DNA of 64,000 nucleotides from an uncultured Candidatus Actinomarina sp. (GCA_902634185.1 CACPJC010000002.1:1-64000); one strand, 5' to 3'; shown: positions 40,170 to 50,406, counted from the first letter of the stretch. A program made the numbers and translations. The notes: generated by a model not told the origin, from the sequence alone.

Positions 40170-41072
40170 TTACGAATTTAAGACCTGATTTAAAAACTTT
40201 AAAACGCTCTTGGGTCGAACATAATCTGGAAATTCATTGTTTTTAAACCATGGTTGTCTAAGAAGCTCCACATATTTTTCTTTATCTTTTTCTAAATCAA
40301 GAATTTTTTCAATTAACGCTTCGTCATTTTCATAGTTTGAAGCATTGATAAATGATTTTGGATTAAAATCTTGATTAACAAAGTCAGATCCCCAATAAAT
40401 AGGAATACTGTTAACACTCATTGGATGAAGTATTTTTTCAGTAACGTAACCTTCGCCAATTTCGTTTTCAAAAGCAATATTAAATCTAAATTTTGATATA
40501 TACTTTATTTTCCATTTTTGATCTCCTCTACCCTTTATCTTTTTCCCAGTATTATTTAAAAGAGTTCCACCACAGTCAACATATTTTCTGGATTGTAATT
40601 TTGGTACAAAATCGAGGCGTCTTCCAGACGGATTAGTTGCAACAAATGAACAAAACTTATTATTTATTTTTAAATTTTTGTTATTTTCCAATAAACTTTC
40701 TTTATTAATTAAATATGATTGATCACGCTTTTTATTATATGGAACATCAAACCAATTTATAAATAGACTCCAAAGGGGAAGTCTATAATTTTTAGAATCT
40801 TCATTTTTTAGAAATGAAAATGATGCATCACATTCTTCATAGTTAGGTACAATATTTTCCCCAGTATAAAATATTTTTTTTGTATTTGAATTATCGTAAT
40901 ATCTGTGTTCTCTTTTTTTTGCATAGTCAACTGAAAAAAATAGAAGGTCGGGATTTTCTTGATCTATAACAACCTTGAAGTCATTACTTAGTAGATGAAA
41001 AAAATAATTGTCATCTTTAAAAAAATTTGGCCAAAAATCTACAAAATTAATTCTTAATACATCTTTATTCAT
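40170..41072 (-). CDS. Alpha-1,3/4-fucosyltransferase (GT10)
   Basis: FYTGEN, FCSFV, FNIAFEN...YVTEKI...IPIYWG. Confidence 0.9.
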   Translation of the reverse strand: MNKDVLRINFVDFWPNFFKDDNYFFHLLSNDFKVVIDQENPDLLFFSVDYAKKREHRYYDNSNTKKIFYTGENIVPNYEECDASFSFLKNEDSKNYRLPLWSLFINWFDVPYNKKRDQSYLINKESLLENNKNLKINNKFCSFVATNPSGRRLDFVPKLQSRKYVDCGGTLLNNTGKKIKGRGDQKWKIKYISKFRFNIAFENEIGEGYVTEKILHPMSVNSIPIYWGSDFVNQDFNPKSFINASNYENDEALIEKILDLEKDKEKYVELLRQPWFKNNEFPDYVRPKSVLKFLNQVLNS

Positions 41073-41096
41073 ATGCCGTCTAATACCACTTCCAAT

Positions 41097-42041
41097 TTAA
41101 TTGTTTTTATTTGTTTTTTTTAAAACATTTAAAAAATTCAAAATATAAAGCAAAGGCTTATCAATACTTAAAATGTTAAGATTCAAGATACTCTTGATCA
41201 GAGTAGTAATGTCACCTTTTTTAAACTCTATTTTTATATGATATTTATTAAAAGCATCTAAATGCTGCCTGTGGTAAAAGTTTGAAACTTTATCTAAACC
41301 ACCATAAGGGGTCCATGGTTTAGTGCTTCCCACATAATGTAAAAAGCTTACGTTTCTATCTATATATTGTATAGTCTCATTGTTAGCATCATGCTTAGCG
41401 TAATAATTTAATTCCTCTCCAATTTCATAAAATTCACCATCAAAATAAGAATTAAGTGCATCCTGATCAGCAAGAGACAAATTATCACCTAATTCAAGGA
41501 TTTTATTTTGAAGCTTTTTGGTTAGGCCAATTTTTCTCCATTCATTCAAGTTAATAAACATTACTCCAGCATTAAAATATTTATTTTTAATATTCAATTT
41601 TTTAAAAAGTTCAGGGGCATCTTTTTGTTCTCCATCAGTTTTTGCACCTAAAACATACTTGTTTACTATTAGTTTTTGAATTATATCATCATAATTTCTA
41701 CTGACATTTTTAAGGCATATTGTGTCTGGATCTAAATATAAAATGTGTTCAGTTTGATAATCAAGATAATCTTCTAAAAATATACGATAATAAGTAGCTT
41801 CTGAATAATGAGCATCAGCTACAGTAAGTGGTATCTTTTTTTTATTCTCAAATTTTTTTATTCTAAGACTTACATTTGTCAAATTCGATATTTTATCTTT
41901 GTATTCAATAAATGTAGAAGGTTTGTTGTGGATCACATTTATATTTATTTGTTCTTCATTGTTGTGTTGAATAAAACTTTTCATAGATAAAAAAGCTTGG
42001 ATATTGTAATTTTCATCAAAGCAATAGAGTAAATTAATCAT
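41097..42041 (-). CDS. GT8 glycosyltransferase
   Basis: ATYYRI, YLDPD, YFNAGV, DQDALN, HYVGSTKPW. Confidence 0.9.
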   Translation of the reverse strand: MINLLYCFDENYNIQAFLSMKSFIQHNNEEQININVIHNKPSTFIEYKDKISNLTNVSLRIKKFENKKKIPLTVADAHYSEATYYRIFLEDYLDYQTEHILYLDPDTICLKNVSRNYDDIIQKLIVNKYVLGAKTDGEQKDAPELFKKLNIKNKYFNAGVMFINLNEWRKIGLTKKLQNKILELGDNLSLADQDALNSYFDGEFYEIGEELNYYAKHDANNETIQYIDRNVSFLHYVGSTKPWTPYGGLDKVSNFYHRQHLDAFNKYHIKIEFKKGDITTLIKSILNLNILSIDKPLLYILNFLNVLKKTNKNN

Positions 42042-42089
42042 TGTTAGAATAAATAATCATTTTTTAATTGTGTTTTTAGTACAATACTC

Positions 42090-42800
42090 ATTATTAGTAA
42101 TAAGAATAACCAACTAAATGTTTATGTTGTTCACTATACAAAGTTAAGTGAAAGAAAAAAATCTATAATTTCTACTTTTAGTAGTGAACTTTTTAACTTG
42201 AGGTTTATTGATGAATACAATAAAGAAGACCTTGAAACCATAAATATGAATCAATATTATCAAAATGATATTGAATCGTATGAAAATAAATCTATTCTTT
42301 GGGATAAAGAAAGATCGTACAGAGAACTTACAAAAGCTGAAATTTCTTGTCAACTTAAACATATAAAGGCACTCGAATTGGCGGCAGTAAATGAGGGTAG
42401 CATAAGTTTAATTGTCGAAGATGATGTAATACCAAGTAAAAAAAATTATCAAAAAAAATTAGAAAAATTTTTAACAAAAGATAATGACTGGGATATTTTA
42501 TTTATAGGAGAGGGAATAGGAAAAAATTTTATTCTTAAAAAAATAAATAAAAAATTTAAAATCATCTCTAAAGAGTTTGATGTATCTGACCCTGCTACAA
42601 ATTGTGCTGAGTCTTATCTAATAAAAAGTGAGGCAGCAAAAAAATTATTTGAAAATTTTTATCCTTTTAGCCTTCCTTACGATTGGGAACTTGCTTACAA
42701 AATTAAAAGTGAAAAGATAAATGTTAAGTGGCTATACCCACCAATTTTTTTCCAAGGATCAATTTCTGGTAAATTTAAATCTGAAAATAGAATAAATTAA
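42090..42800 (+). CDS. GT25-like glycosyltransferase, probable non-canonical ATT start upstream of the TTG at 42198
   Basis: In-frame upstream VYVVHYTKLSERK; EISCQLKH, VEDD, SYLI...AKKL, PYDW. Confidence 0.7.
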   Translation: MISNKNNQLNVYVVHYTKLSERKKSIISTFSSELFNLRFIDEYNKEDLETINMNQYYQNDIESYENKSILWDKERSYRELTKAEISCQLKHIKALELAAVNEGSISLIVEDDVIPSKKNYQKKLEKFLTKDNDWDILFIGEGIGKNFILKKINKKFKIISKEFDVSDPATNCAESYLIKSEAAKKLFENFYPFSLPYDWELAYKIKSEKINVKWLYPPIFFQGSISGKFKSENRIN

Positions 42801-42805
42801 ATTTT

Positions 42806-43687
42806 TTAATTTATATAACGTTTAATTTTTGCTGATAGTCGAAGATAAAAAATATAAATTTTGTATACAAAATTTTTAAATAAAGAATAATCTTCTAAAA
42901 GCTCTCTAAAGTATAAAGGGATTGGTTGAAGTTTTTTAGATCTATATTTTAAAAAATGCCATCTGAAGTTTATCTCATTTTCAGTAAAAATTAAGTCACC
43001 GTTATATCCATAAAATACGTTTATTCTAATTTCCTGGTCATCTCTTGATTCTTTAAGATCTAATTCATAAAAATTTGATTCATTAAAAATTTCATCTGTA
43101 ATTAAAAATAGATTTGTATCTGTAATAGCAACCGGTTTGTAACCTTTCTCGATACCAAGCATAATTAATGATTTAGCACTAGATCCATGTCTTCTTTTAA
43201 AATTTTCTGGTTGAATATATTCAACATCATTAGGAATAGTTGGATTATATTCAATAATTACAATTTTAGGCCTATATGACTGTAGGCTTCTAAAAATTTG
43301 ATAATCGTAACCATCAATGTCAATTGATAATATATCAAAATTTTCTGAAATATTATTTTCTTTAAGAATATTGTTCAAAGAATAATCTCCTTGTACAGAA
43401 ACAATTGAATTTATATTTTTACAGTTCATATTTTGAGTATTTGAATTCAATTTCTGAAATCTTTTTTTATCCGGTTCAATAAATAACCCAAAATATTTTT
43501 TTTCTTTTAGCAAATTAAAACAGTTTGAATTTGTTTTTCCATCATGCGCACCAAATTCTACAAATTCATTTGATTTTTGAACTTGGATATTTTCCAAGAT
43601 TTTTTTAATTATCCCATCTTCGCCAGATTGTGAATAAATATTATTTTTAAAATCGTGTAAATTTATATGTTTACTTTTTTTTGTCAT
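42806..43687 (-). CDS. FkbM-like methyltransferase
   Basis: YSQSGEDG, VEFGAHDG, LSIDIDGYD, IEYNP. Confidence 0.8.
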   Translation of the reverse strand: MTKKSKHINLHDFKNNIYSQSGEDGIIKKILENIQVQKSNEFVEFGAHDGKTNSNCFNLLKEKKYFGLFIEPDKKRFQKLNSNTQNMNCKNINSIVSVQGDYSLNNILKENNISENFDILSIDIDGYDYQIFRSLQSYRPKIVIIEYNPTIPNDVEYIQPENFKRRHGSSAKSLIMLGIEKGYKPVAITDTNLFLITDEIFNESNFYELDLKESRDDQEIRINVFYGYNGDLIFTENEINFRWHFLKYRSKKLQPIPLYFRELLEDYSLFKNFVYKIYIFYLRLSAKIKRYIN

Positions 43688-43717
43688 AATCTTTTTAGAA
43701 GTGAAAGGGGAAGTTTT

Positions 43718-44437
43718 TTATAATTTTTTATTTTTAAATAATACATTTCCACCATTTTCCCATCTTATATCTTCAAAAACTATTTTAAAATTTTTTGAAA
43801 TCAGAAAATCTTTGAGTTCCGGATATAAAATCTGGTCTTTATAATTTTCAATTAATGAAACTTCCGTATATATATAATTGATTAAATCTAAACTCTTACT
43901 TTGCATTAAAATTTCTGGTTCTTTACCTTGGAGGTCGAACCAAAGTAAATCTATTCTTTCAATTTTATTTTGATTAAGAAAATCATCAAATGTAATTGTT
44001 TCTACTTCTTCTTTTTCATCAAAAGTTATGTCTGGATAAAGTTCTAAAACTTTTTCTGGCATCATTAAACTTGATGCTCCATAATATACTGAGTTAAGAT
44101 CTGTAGTAAAAATATTTGATTTGCCTGTAGAAGTATCGAAAGCAATTTTTTGTAAATTTACATTACTATATTTTTCAGTCTTAATTATTAATTCGTTAAA
44201 TAATTTTTCAACTGGCTCTAGAGCATATATTTGTGATTTAGAATATTTTTTAGCAAAAAATAATGTATCTCTACCGTCCGCTGCACCTGCTTCAATAATT
44301 AATGGATTCTCGTTAAGATTTTTACTCAAAAAATTATGAATATTAATCGGAAAATTTTTCTTTTTTTGTATGTGTTTTTTTAACCATATATATAAATTGG
44401 GATAATTATTATAAATTTTGCCTTTAATCTTTTTCAT
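43718..44437 (-). CDS. FkbM family methyltransferase
   Basis: IEAGAADG, LEP, LWFDLQGKE, YTEV. Confidence 0.85.
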   Translation of the reverse strand: MKKIKGKIYNNYPNLYIWLKKHIQKKKNFPINIHNFLSKNLNENPLIIEAGAADGRDTLFFAKKYSKSQIYALEPVEKLFNELIIKTEKYSNVNLQKIAFDTSTGKSNIFTTDLNSVYYGASSLMMPEKVLELYPDITFDEKEEVETITFDDFLNQNKIERIDLLWFDLQGKEPEILMQSKSLDLINYIYTEVSLIENYKDQILYPELKDFLISKNFKIVFEDIRWENGGNVLFKNKKL

Positions 44438-44456
44438 AATATAAGCACCTCTTTAA

Positions 44457-45215
44457 TCATCCTAGTTTCTTTGATAGATATTTTTTAAAGATGTTTTTTA
44501 AATGAAAATTTAATTTCTTTAAGTCCTTGAAATAGTTTAAAAATATAAAAAATTTGGAAGTTTCGAGTAACGATTTAAATTTGTAAAAAGTAATCATGTA
44601 TTTAGACACAAGATTCTTATTAACATATAACGCATCTCCCATTGGGATATTACTTACTAGAGATGTTTTAACTCTAATGAAATTGTTTAAATCTAAATAA
44701 TCGTCTAATTCATTTATCAGTACTCCACCCTGATAGAACTCAACTAAATTTATTTCGGAGAAAATAAAATCTATCTCTTTCAATCTACGTTCAAATCCTC
44801 TAAGGACTTCTAGCTCATATCCTTGAACATCTATTACGAGAAAATTACCGACAATGTCATATAAAGATGAAAATTTTTTTATTGTAATTTTGGTTTTCTT
44901 ACTGAAAGTATATTCTGGAAAGAAATCTTTATGTAGTTTTGGCTCTAGTAATGATGAAGAAACTCCTTCTTTTATATCTGAGACATAAATATTTTCGATT
45001 CCATTTTTGTTTCCTAATCCAAAATTGAAACAAAAAACATTTGAATGTAATTCATATTTTTCTAAAAGTTTATAAGCCTCTTCCTGCGGTTCAAATAAAT
45101 AAATATTCTTATCTGTGTTTTCAAGAAATAGATTTACTTGTTGGCCAATATGGGCTCCAACCTGAATTATTCCGTTTATTTGATTACTATATTTCTTTAA
45201 GATTTTTGAAAGCAT
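44457..45215 (-). CDS. FkbM family methyltransferase
   Basis: QVGAHIG, FEP, IDVQGYELEVL, GDALY. Confidence 0.9.
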   Translation of the reverse strand: MLSKILKKYSNQINGIIQVGAHIGQQVNLFLENTDKNIYLFEPQEEAYKLLEKYELHSNVFCFNFGLGNKNGIENIYVSDIKEGVSSSLLEPKLHKDFFPEYTFSKKTKITIKKFSSLYDIVGNFLVIDVQGYELEVLRGFERRLKEIDFIFSEINLVEFYQGGVLINELDDYLDLNNFIRVKTSLVSNIPMGDALYVNKNLVSKYMITFYKFKSLLETSKFFIFLNYFKDLKKLNFHLKNIFKKYLSKKLG

Positions 45216-45278
45216 TTGTGATTTATTAAATATGGTAACTGGTTAATTTTGTGAAAGAGTTTAAATATTCTCATAAAC

Positions 45279-45989
45279 TTAATTAATAATCTTATTTATT
45301 TTATATAAATCTTTCAACATTTTAAAAGTATCAGAGAATATGCTGACTTTTGATTCTTTATTATGAACATATCTAACAGGTATTTCTAAAACTTTGATAT
45401 CACTATTAATTGCAAGCATAATTAATTCAATATCAAATGAAAATCCATCAGTCTGAAATTCTGAGCAATTTAAAAATAAATTTTTATCGAGTGCCTTAAA
45501 ACCACATTGTGAGTCCTCAATTTCGACTTTAAAGAGGAATTTAATGAGTTTTAAATATAGCGTACCCGAAAGATTTCTAATAATTGGTGAATTAATATTT
45601 TCAGATTTTTTGTTTTTTCTATTTCCAATTACAAATCCAGATTTTAATTTTCCTCCAGAGACAAACTTTTTAAATTCTTTGATATCTACAGAACTGTCAG
45701 CATCAGTAAATAAAACATTATTAAACTTACTGTGTTTAATTCCAGTTTTAATTGCCAAACCTTTTCCAGAAGTTTGAATTGTTTTATGTGATATGAAATC
45801 AAAATTATAAGTTAGTTTGTTTATTGAGTCTACTGAATCAACAGTAGATCCATTTGAAACAATAATTATTTCATACTGTTTTATATTTTCACTTAAAAAT
45901 TGAATAATTAAATCTAAGTTTTCTTTTATACGTATATGATCATCTTTTGTTGGAATTACCACAGATAAGTTATCTAATATAAAATTCAT
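45279..45989 (-). CDS. GT2 dolichyl/polyprenyl-phosphate glycosyltransferase-like
   Basis: GKGLAI, FTDAD, DSQCGFK, FSFDIE; ATG 45989 abuts the upstream gene stop. Confidence 0.85.
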   Translation of the reverse strand: MNFILDNLSVVIPTKDDHIRIKENLDLIIQFLSENIKQYEIIIVSNGSTVDSVDSINKLTYNFDFISHKTIQTSGKGLAIKTGIKHSKFNNVLFTDADSSVDIKEFKKFVSGGKLKSGFVIGNRKNKKSENINSPIIRNLSGTLYLKLIKFLFKVEIEDSQCGFKALDKNLFLNCSEFQTDGFSFDIELIMLAINSDIKVLEIPVRYVHNKESKVSIFSDTFKMLKDLYKINKIIN

Positions 45990-45990
45990 T

Positions 45991-46695
45991 TCAAGTTTTC
46001 TTCTTTTTAAGTTTTGCATACAATGAAATTCCAAACTTTGGATTAATACCAATTTTTCTTAAAGCTGATTCAATAATTGAGACAGAGTAAAGAATATTGT
46101 TTGTAAGATTTCCACCTTCATTTGTAGTGGAGGTTTTGTTTAATAAAATTTGAAGATATCTTATTGGTAATAATAAATAATTAAATCCGTATCGCTCAGC
46201 GATATCAAATGAATTGCAATCAGAATAAATCATTTTCCAGTTGTATCTTCTGTAGTGATCGAGTTTTTCATCATGTGAACTCCACAATTGAGAGTAGGCT
46301 GGAACACCAAGTATAACTTCACCAGAGCTTTTTAATATTTGATTAACACTCAACATAAATTCTTGTGAATTTTCAATATGTTCTAAAACGTCAAGCATCA
46401 CAATAAAATCGTACTTTTCCTCAATTTTGTCAATATTGTTATAAATTTTATTAATATAATTTTCTCTATTCAATTCAATATATTTTATAAATTCTGGTTC
46501 TGTTTCAAGAATATCTACAACCCCTAATGAACTCAGATATTTTAAATTGTTTCCTAGGCCAGGACCAATTTCTAATATTTTATTAAAGCTTCTATCAATA
46601 GTTTGTCTTTTATTTTCAATAATAAATTTCAAAAGATTTGTTTTGGCTTTATACCACCACCAGTCAAGATTTTCTTCTAAGGGGATAGGGCTCAT
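45991..46695 (-). CDS. Class I SAM-dependent methyltransferase
   Basis: WWY, LEIGPGLG, DVLEHIE, LWSSHD, HYRRY. Confidence 0.85.
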   Translation of the reverse strand: MSPIPLEENLDWWWYKAKTNLLKFIIENKRQTIDRSFNKILEIGPGLGNNLKYLSSLGVVDILETEPEFIKYIELNRENYINKIYNNIDKIEEKYDFIVMLDVLEHIENSQEFMLSVNQILKSSGEVILGVPAYSQLWSSHDEKLDHYRRYNWKMIYSDCNSFDIAERYGFNYLLLPIRYLQILLNKTSTTNEGGNLTNNILYSVSIIESALRKIGINPKFGISLYAKLKKKKT

Positions 46696-46729
46696 TCTTA
46701 TATTTTATTTTATAAACAAAGGTTAAGGT

Positions 46730-47941
46730 TTATCGAAATAAATGAATTATTTTTTTTGTAATCTTGACTATCAGTTTAAGAAAATTTGAAGAATAAAAAA
46801 ATATAGTATTCCTTATATTCTGAATATAGTGAAGAAAAAGCTCATATTTTGAATAATCTTTAAATTCAATAGCTTCATCAAATAAATTGATATATTGTTT
46901 CATAACTGCATCCAATGAATAAATTGAATTAAATCTATCTTTTGAGTTTTGAACACATTGATTATAGAAGTCTTCCTTCTCCATAAATTTTTTCATAATT
47001 TCTGCATAATGAATTGATGATTCTGCAATTACACCTGCATTACTTATTTGCTCAACCTGACCCATACTTGGGGCAACATGACTTATCAATGGTAATCCGT
47101 GTGACATAGCCTCAATGATAGCGGTTGAACATTGCTCACCGTCTTTACGACCATGAGCGTAAACGGTCAAAGAATTTAAAAATTTGTGAATTTCAATAAT
47201 ATCCGGAGTTGTAGGAAGAAACATAATATTTTTAATATTAAGGTTTTGTGCTTGTTCTTTATATTTATCATTACCACCAAGCAATATAAAAAGAGTTTCA
47301 TCAGATTCAATCTTTTTATAAGCTTCTAAAGGTATGTGAGAAAATATATTTTCATCATCTCGTTGATGCATTCCAAAAACAAATTTATTATTTGTTTCAA
47401 GCTTCTCATCAGTTGAAACCGTATATACCGGATTTGGAATAATTGTCGACTTTTTTTTCCGACCACCAGATTTTATCCATTTTTTTCTTTGCTCAGATGA
47501 TATAAGAACTGTTTTATATACATTCAATTTATTTTCAGCAAATCCAGCAAGATGAATTGTGTCAATTATTTTTGTATCTTTGATTTTAGTAAATGGGTAT
47601 TCTGGATGGCCAGCTCTACCTGTAACAATTAATTCATATTTTCTTTCATCAAAATAATCCCAAAAATCAGTATTAATCCAATCATGTGTTGGGGTCGTAA
47701 TGTCCTTAAACTCAACATTAAATTTAATAACATTAACTCCATTTTCTAAACAATATTCAATTCTTGTTGGATCGGTGTCTATGTGTTTATAGTCTGACCC
47801 TATATAAGGTGCAGCATCACAATAGAAATAATCTACTTCGTATTTGTTTTTTGGAAGTTCAGATGCAATCGTTTGAAGAACTTTTTCAGTACCACCAAAT
47901 GCCATCCCACCAAATTTAATAAATGCTATCTTTGGTTTCAA
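46730..47941 (-). CDS. GT4 glycosyltransferase
   Basis: GGTEK, GEQCSTAIIEAMSHGLP. Confidence 0.8.
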   Translation of the reverse strand: MKPKIAFIKFGGMAFGGTEKVLQTIASELPKNKYEVDYFYCDAAPYIGSDYKHIDTDPTRIEYCLENGVNVIKFNVEFKDITTPTHDWINTDFWDYFDERKYELIVTGRAGHPEYPFTKIKDTKIIDTIHLAGFAENKLNVYKTVLISSEQRKKWIKSGGRKKKSTIIPNPVYTVSTDEKLETNNKFVFGMHQRDDENIFSHIPLEAYKKIESDETLFILLGGNDKYKEQAQNLNIKNIMFLPTTPDIIEIHKFLNSLTVYAHGRKDGEQCSTAIIEAMSHGLPLISHVAPSMGQVEQISNAGVIAESSIHYAEIMKKFMEKEDFYNQCVQNSKDRFNSIYSLDAVMKQYINLFDEAIEFKDYSKYELFLHYIQNIRNTIFFYSSNFLKLIVKITKKIIHLFR

Positions 47942-48038
47942 ACTTTACCCCAATGATTTATTTAGAGAAGTAATAATTATTTCTCTACTTTAAATACTAC
48001 AACGAAAACGAAAATCGAGATGTTACTAATGTCCTGAA

Positions 48039-48632
48039 TCAGTCAACAGTTTTCCAAAGATGTAATGCTGCAATTGTCCTATATGGTGACCATTTTTTTG
48101 CATATTCATCATATTTAATCCAATCACTATCAGGCTGAACCATTTTTGAATTATTCATTGCTAATCTTAGGCCTGCATCTTTTGAAGAAAAAATATCTAA
48201 TCTACCGAGACAAAATATTTCAAACATATTTACAGACCAAGGGCCGATGCCAAAAACAGATACCAATCTTTTATTAAGTTCTTCATTATTTAATGTTGTT
48301 AAATCTTTGAAAGAACCACTTAAATATAGATTAGATAATTCTTTTATCGTTTTTGCTTTGTTGAGACTTAAACCTAGTTTTTGAATCTGACTAATTGTTA
48401 AATTTTTAAAATGTTTTTCATTTAAACTATCGGTACTAAAATTTTTTTTAATTTTTCGAAATATTGTATTTGCAGCATTTGTAGAAATAAATTGAGATAT
48501 AACTATGCCAACAAGGCTATCGAATTGGTTATCCATAGAATAGCTAAATGTTATGTGACCATTTTTTTCAATAATTTTTTTTAATTTTTTGTCTTTTTTT
48601 ATTAAATATTTTTCTTTTTTTGAAAATTTCAT
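48039..48632 (-). CDS. alkA: DNA-3-methyladenine glycosylase II (AlkA/HhH-GPD family)
   Basis: ISQ...AA, GIGPWS (HhH), D, WSPYRT...LW; start placed at MKFSKK. Confidence 0.85.
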   Translation of the reverse strand: MKFSKKEKYLIKKDKKLKKIIEKNGHITFSYSMDNQFDSLVGIVISQFISTNAANTIFRKIKKNFSTDSLNEKHFKNLTISQIQKLGLSLNKAKTIKELSNLYLSGSFKDLTTLNNEELNKRLVSVFGIGPWSVNMFEIFCLGRLDIFSSKDAGLRLAMNNSKMVQPDSDWIKYDEYAKKWSPYRTIAALHLWKTVD

Positions 48633-48695
48633 AACACAAATTTTATAACTAAATTCATTCAATATGGTGTGATAAGATAACAATCAAGAAACAAT

Positions 48696-50390
48696 TTAAG
48701 ATTTTTTTATATAAACTCGAAGTTCTTTATAGGGATCAAAAAAATATTCTCTACTGCGATTTATTTCATAAATGCTTGTATCTAATTTAAAATAATTTTT
48801 CTTGTAATCTGATACTTCGCAATTGTAATCATCAAGCTTTACAACATTCCCGCTAACAATTGATTTTGAGTTACATATTATTACATCTGGTTCTTTTTCG
48901 ATGTAATAGCTGAAATGAGATGATTCGTTAGTTTGTAGAAGATTCAAATTAATTAATTCGTTCAGTATGTAATCTTCAAAATTATTAGAAGGATGAACCA
49001 AGTATGAAAAGTTCTGCTTTTGTAGATAGTGTAAAACTAATACATGATCAAATGCTAAAACTGTATAATTATCGTCCTCAAAATATGAATCAATGTCCTC
49101 TGAAAGTTGATAAAGAGGATACTGTTCTTGTATATCATCAATATTTGAAAGATTATTGAATGATGGTAAGAGACTATAACTTAAAATCTGAATAGAGGTT
49201 AAAACTATAAGGACTGCTGCTAAAGTAACTTTTTTATTGTTTGTCAATACTTCTGATAATAAAGCTAAAAAATAAAGGGTATAAAAGAGATGATGCTCAT
49301 AACTATGTCCAGCAATGACATAAATTAAAAACGCAGGAATTAAATAAAAAATAACATCAATAAATTCACTATTGCTATAAATTTTTGTTTTGGATAAAAA
49401 GCTCTGAAATAAAAATGAAATAAGTAAGAATATAAGCAAAAAATAAAGTAATTCTGAATATTCAAAATACCTCCTTGACCAAACAAGCAATTCATTAAAC
49501 TCAAATCTATCCGACCCAACATAATTAATTGGTAATACAAAGTAATTTGATAAATAAATGTTTAGAAGGCCAGAATTAAAATAAATAATAAGAAATACAA
49601 GATGCGGCATAAACATTCCAAGAAAAATTGATATTAGTTCTTTAATGTCTGGAAATGATTTTTTGCTTTTCACTAAAAAAAGAAAGAGACTTAAGTAAAA
49701 AATAAATGTTGCTTGATTAATTAATGTTGATAAAGAAAGTAAAACAGAAGCAAGAAAAATATTTTTAAGGGTCATTTCCTTATTTTTAACAAAATAGAAA
49801 TGCAACGATATAAAAACGAGACAATAAATCTCTGAAAACTCTGAGTGATACCAAACATAGCTAATTAAACAGATAAAAAATAATGAACCAAAAAATGCGC
49901 TTTGAACATTTTTATTAATAAAAATTGTCAAAAAAAGTATCGAAGCAATGAAGAATAGTATCACATCATTTAGGATCTTGAAAAATACAAAGTTTTCATT
50001 TGATAGAAACGAAATAAAATTGTACATATACATGAACAAAGGGCCTTTTGACTCCCATTGGGTTTCAAATGGTAATTCATTCATTCCAACTTTTTGAGAG
50101 GCAACCAGATATGAAGGGGTATCAAGTGAAATCATTTCATAATTTAGAAATTGATTCTGTGTAATTATTGTGACTATGAAAATTATAAATAAAGATACCT
50201 TAAGGTTTTTAAATGTTAAGAAAGGTAATTCAATATCATATCTCATATAGATTAATGAGAAAAGTACAAACAATAGTGTTTTAATCTCTATAGATACTTG
50301 AAGAAAATTTAGAATTAATATAGAAAAAATAATCAATGAAAAGTTTTTTAATATTGTTGGTTCATTAAGTTTATTTTTTATATCTACCAT
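48696..50390 (-). CDS. GT-C glycosyltransferase (PMT/ArnT-like)
   Basis: DTPSY...WESKGPL, polytopic, HH motif, extracytoplasmic C-terminal domain. Confidence 0.65.
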   Translation of the reverse strand: MVDIKNKLNEPTILKNFSLIIFSILILNFLQVSIEIKTLLFVLFSLIYMRYDIELPFLTFKNLKVSLFIIFIVTIITQNQFLNYEMISLDTPSYLVASQKVGMNELPFETQWESKGPLFMYMYNFISFLSNENFVFFKILNDVILFFIASILFLTIFINKNVQSAFFGSLFFICLISYVWYHSEFSEIYCLVFISLHFYFVKNKEMTLKNIFLASVLLSLSTLINQATFIFYLSLFLFLVKSKKSFPDIKELISIFLGMFMPHLVFLIIYFNSGLLNIYLSNYFVLPINYVGSDRFEFNELLVWSRRYFEYSELLYFLLIFLLISFLFQSFLSKTKIYSNSEFIDVIFYLIPAFLIYVIAGHSYEHHLFYTLYFLALLSEVLTNNKKVTLAAVLIVLTSIQILSYSLLPSFNNLSNIDDIQEQYPLYQLSEDIDSYFEDDNYTVLAFDHVLVLHYLQKQNFSYLVHPSNNFEDYILNELINLNLLQTNESSHFSYYIEKEPDVIICNSKSIVSGNVVKLDDYNCEVSDYKKNYFKLDTSIYEINRSREYFFDPYKELRVYIKKS

Positions 50391-50406
50391 ATAAGCAACT
50401 CACACA

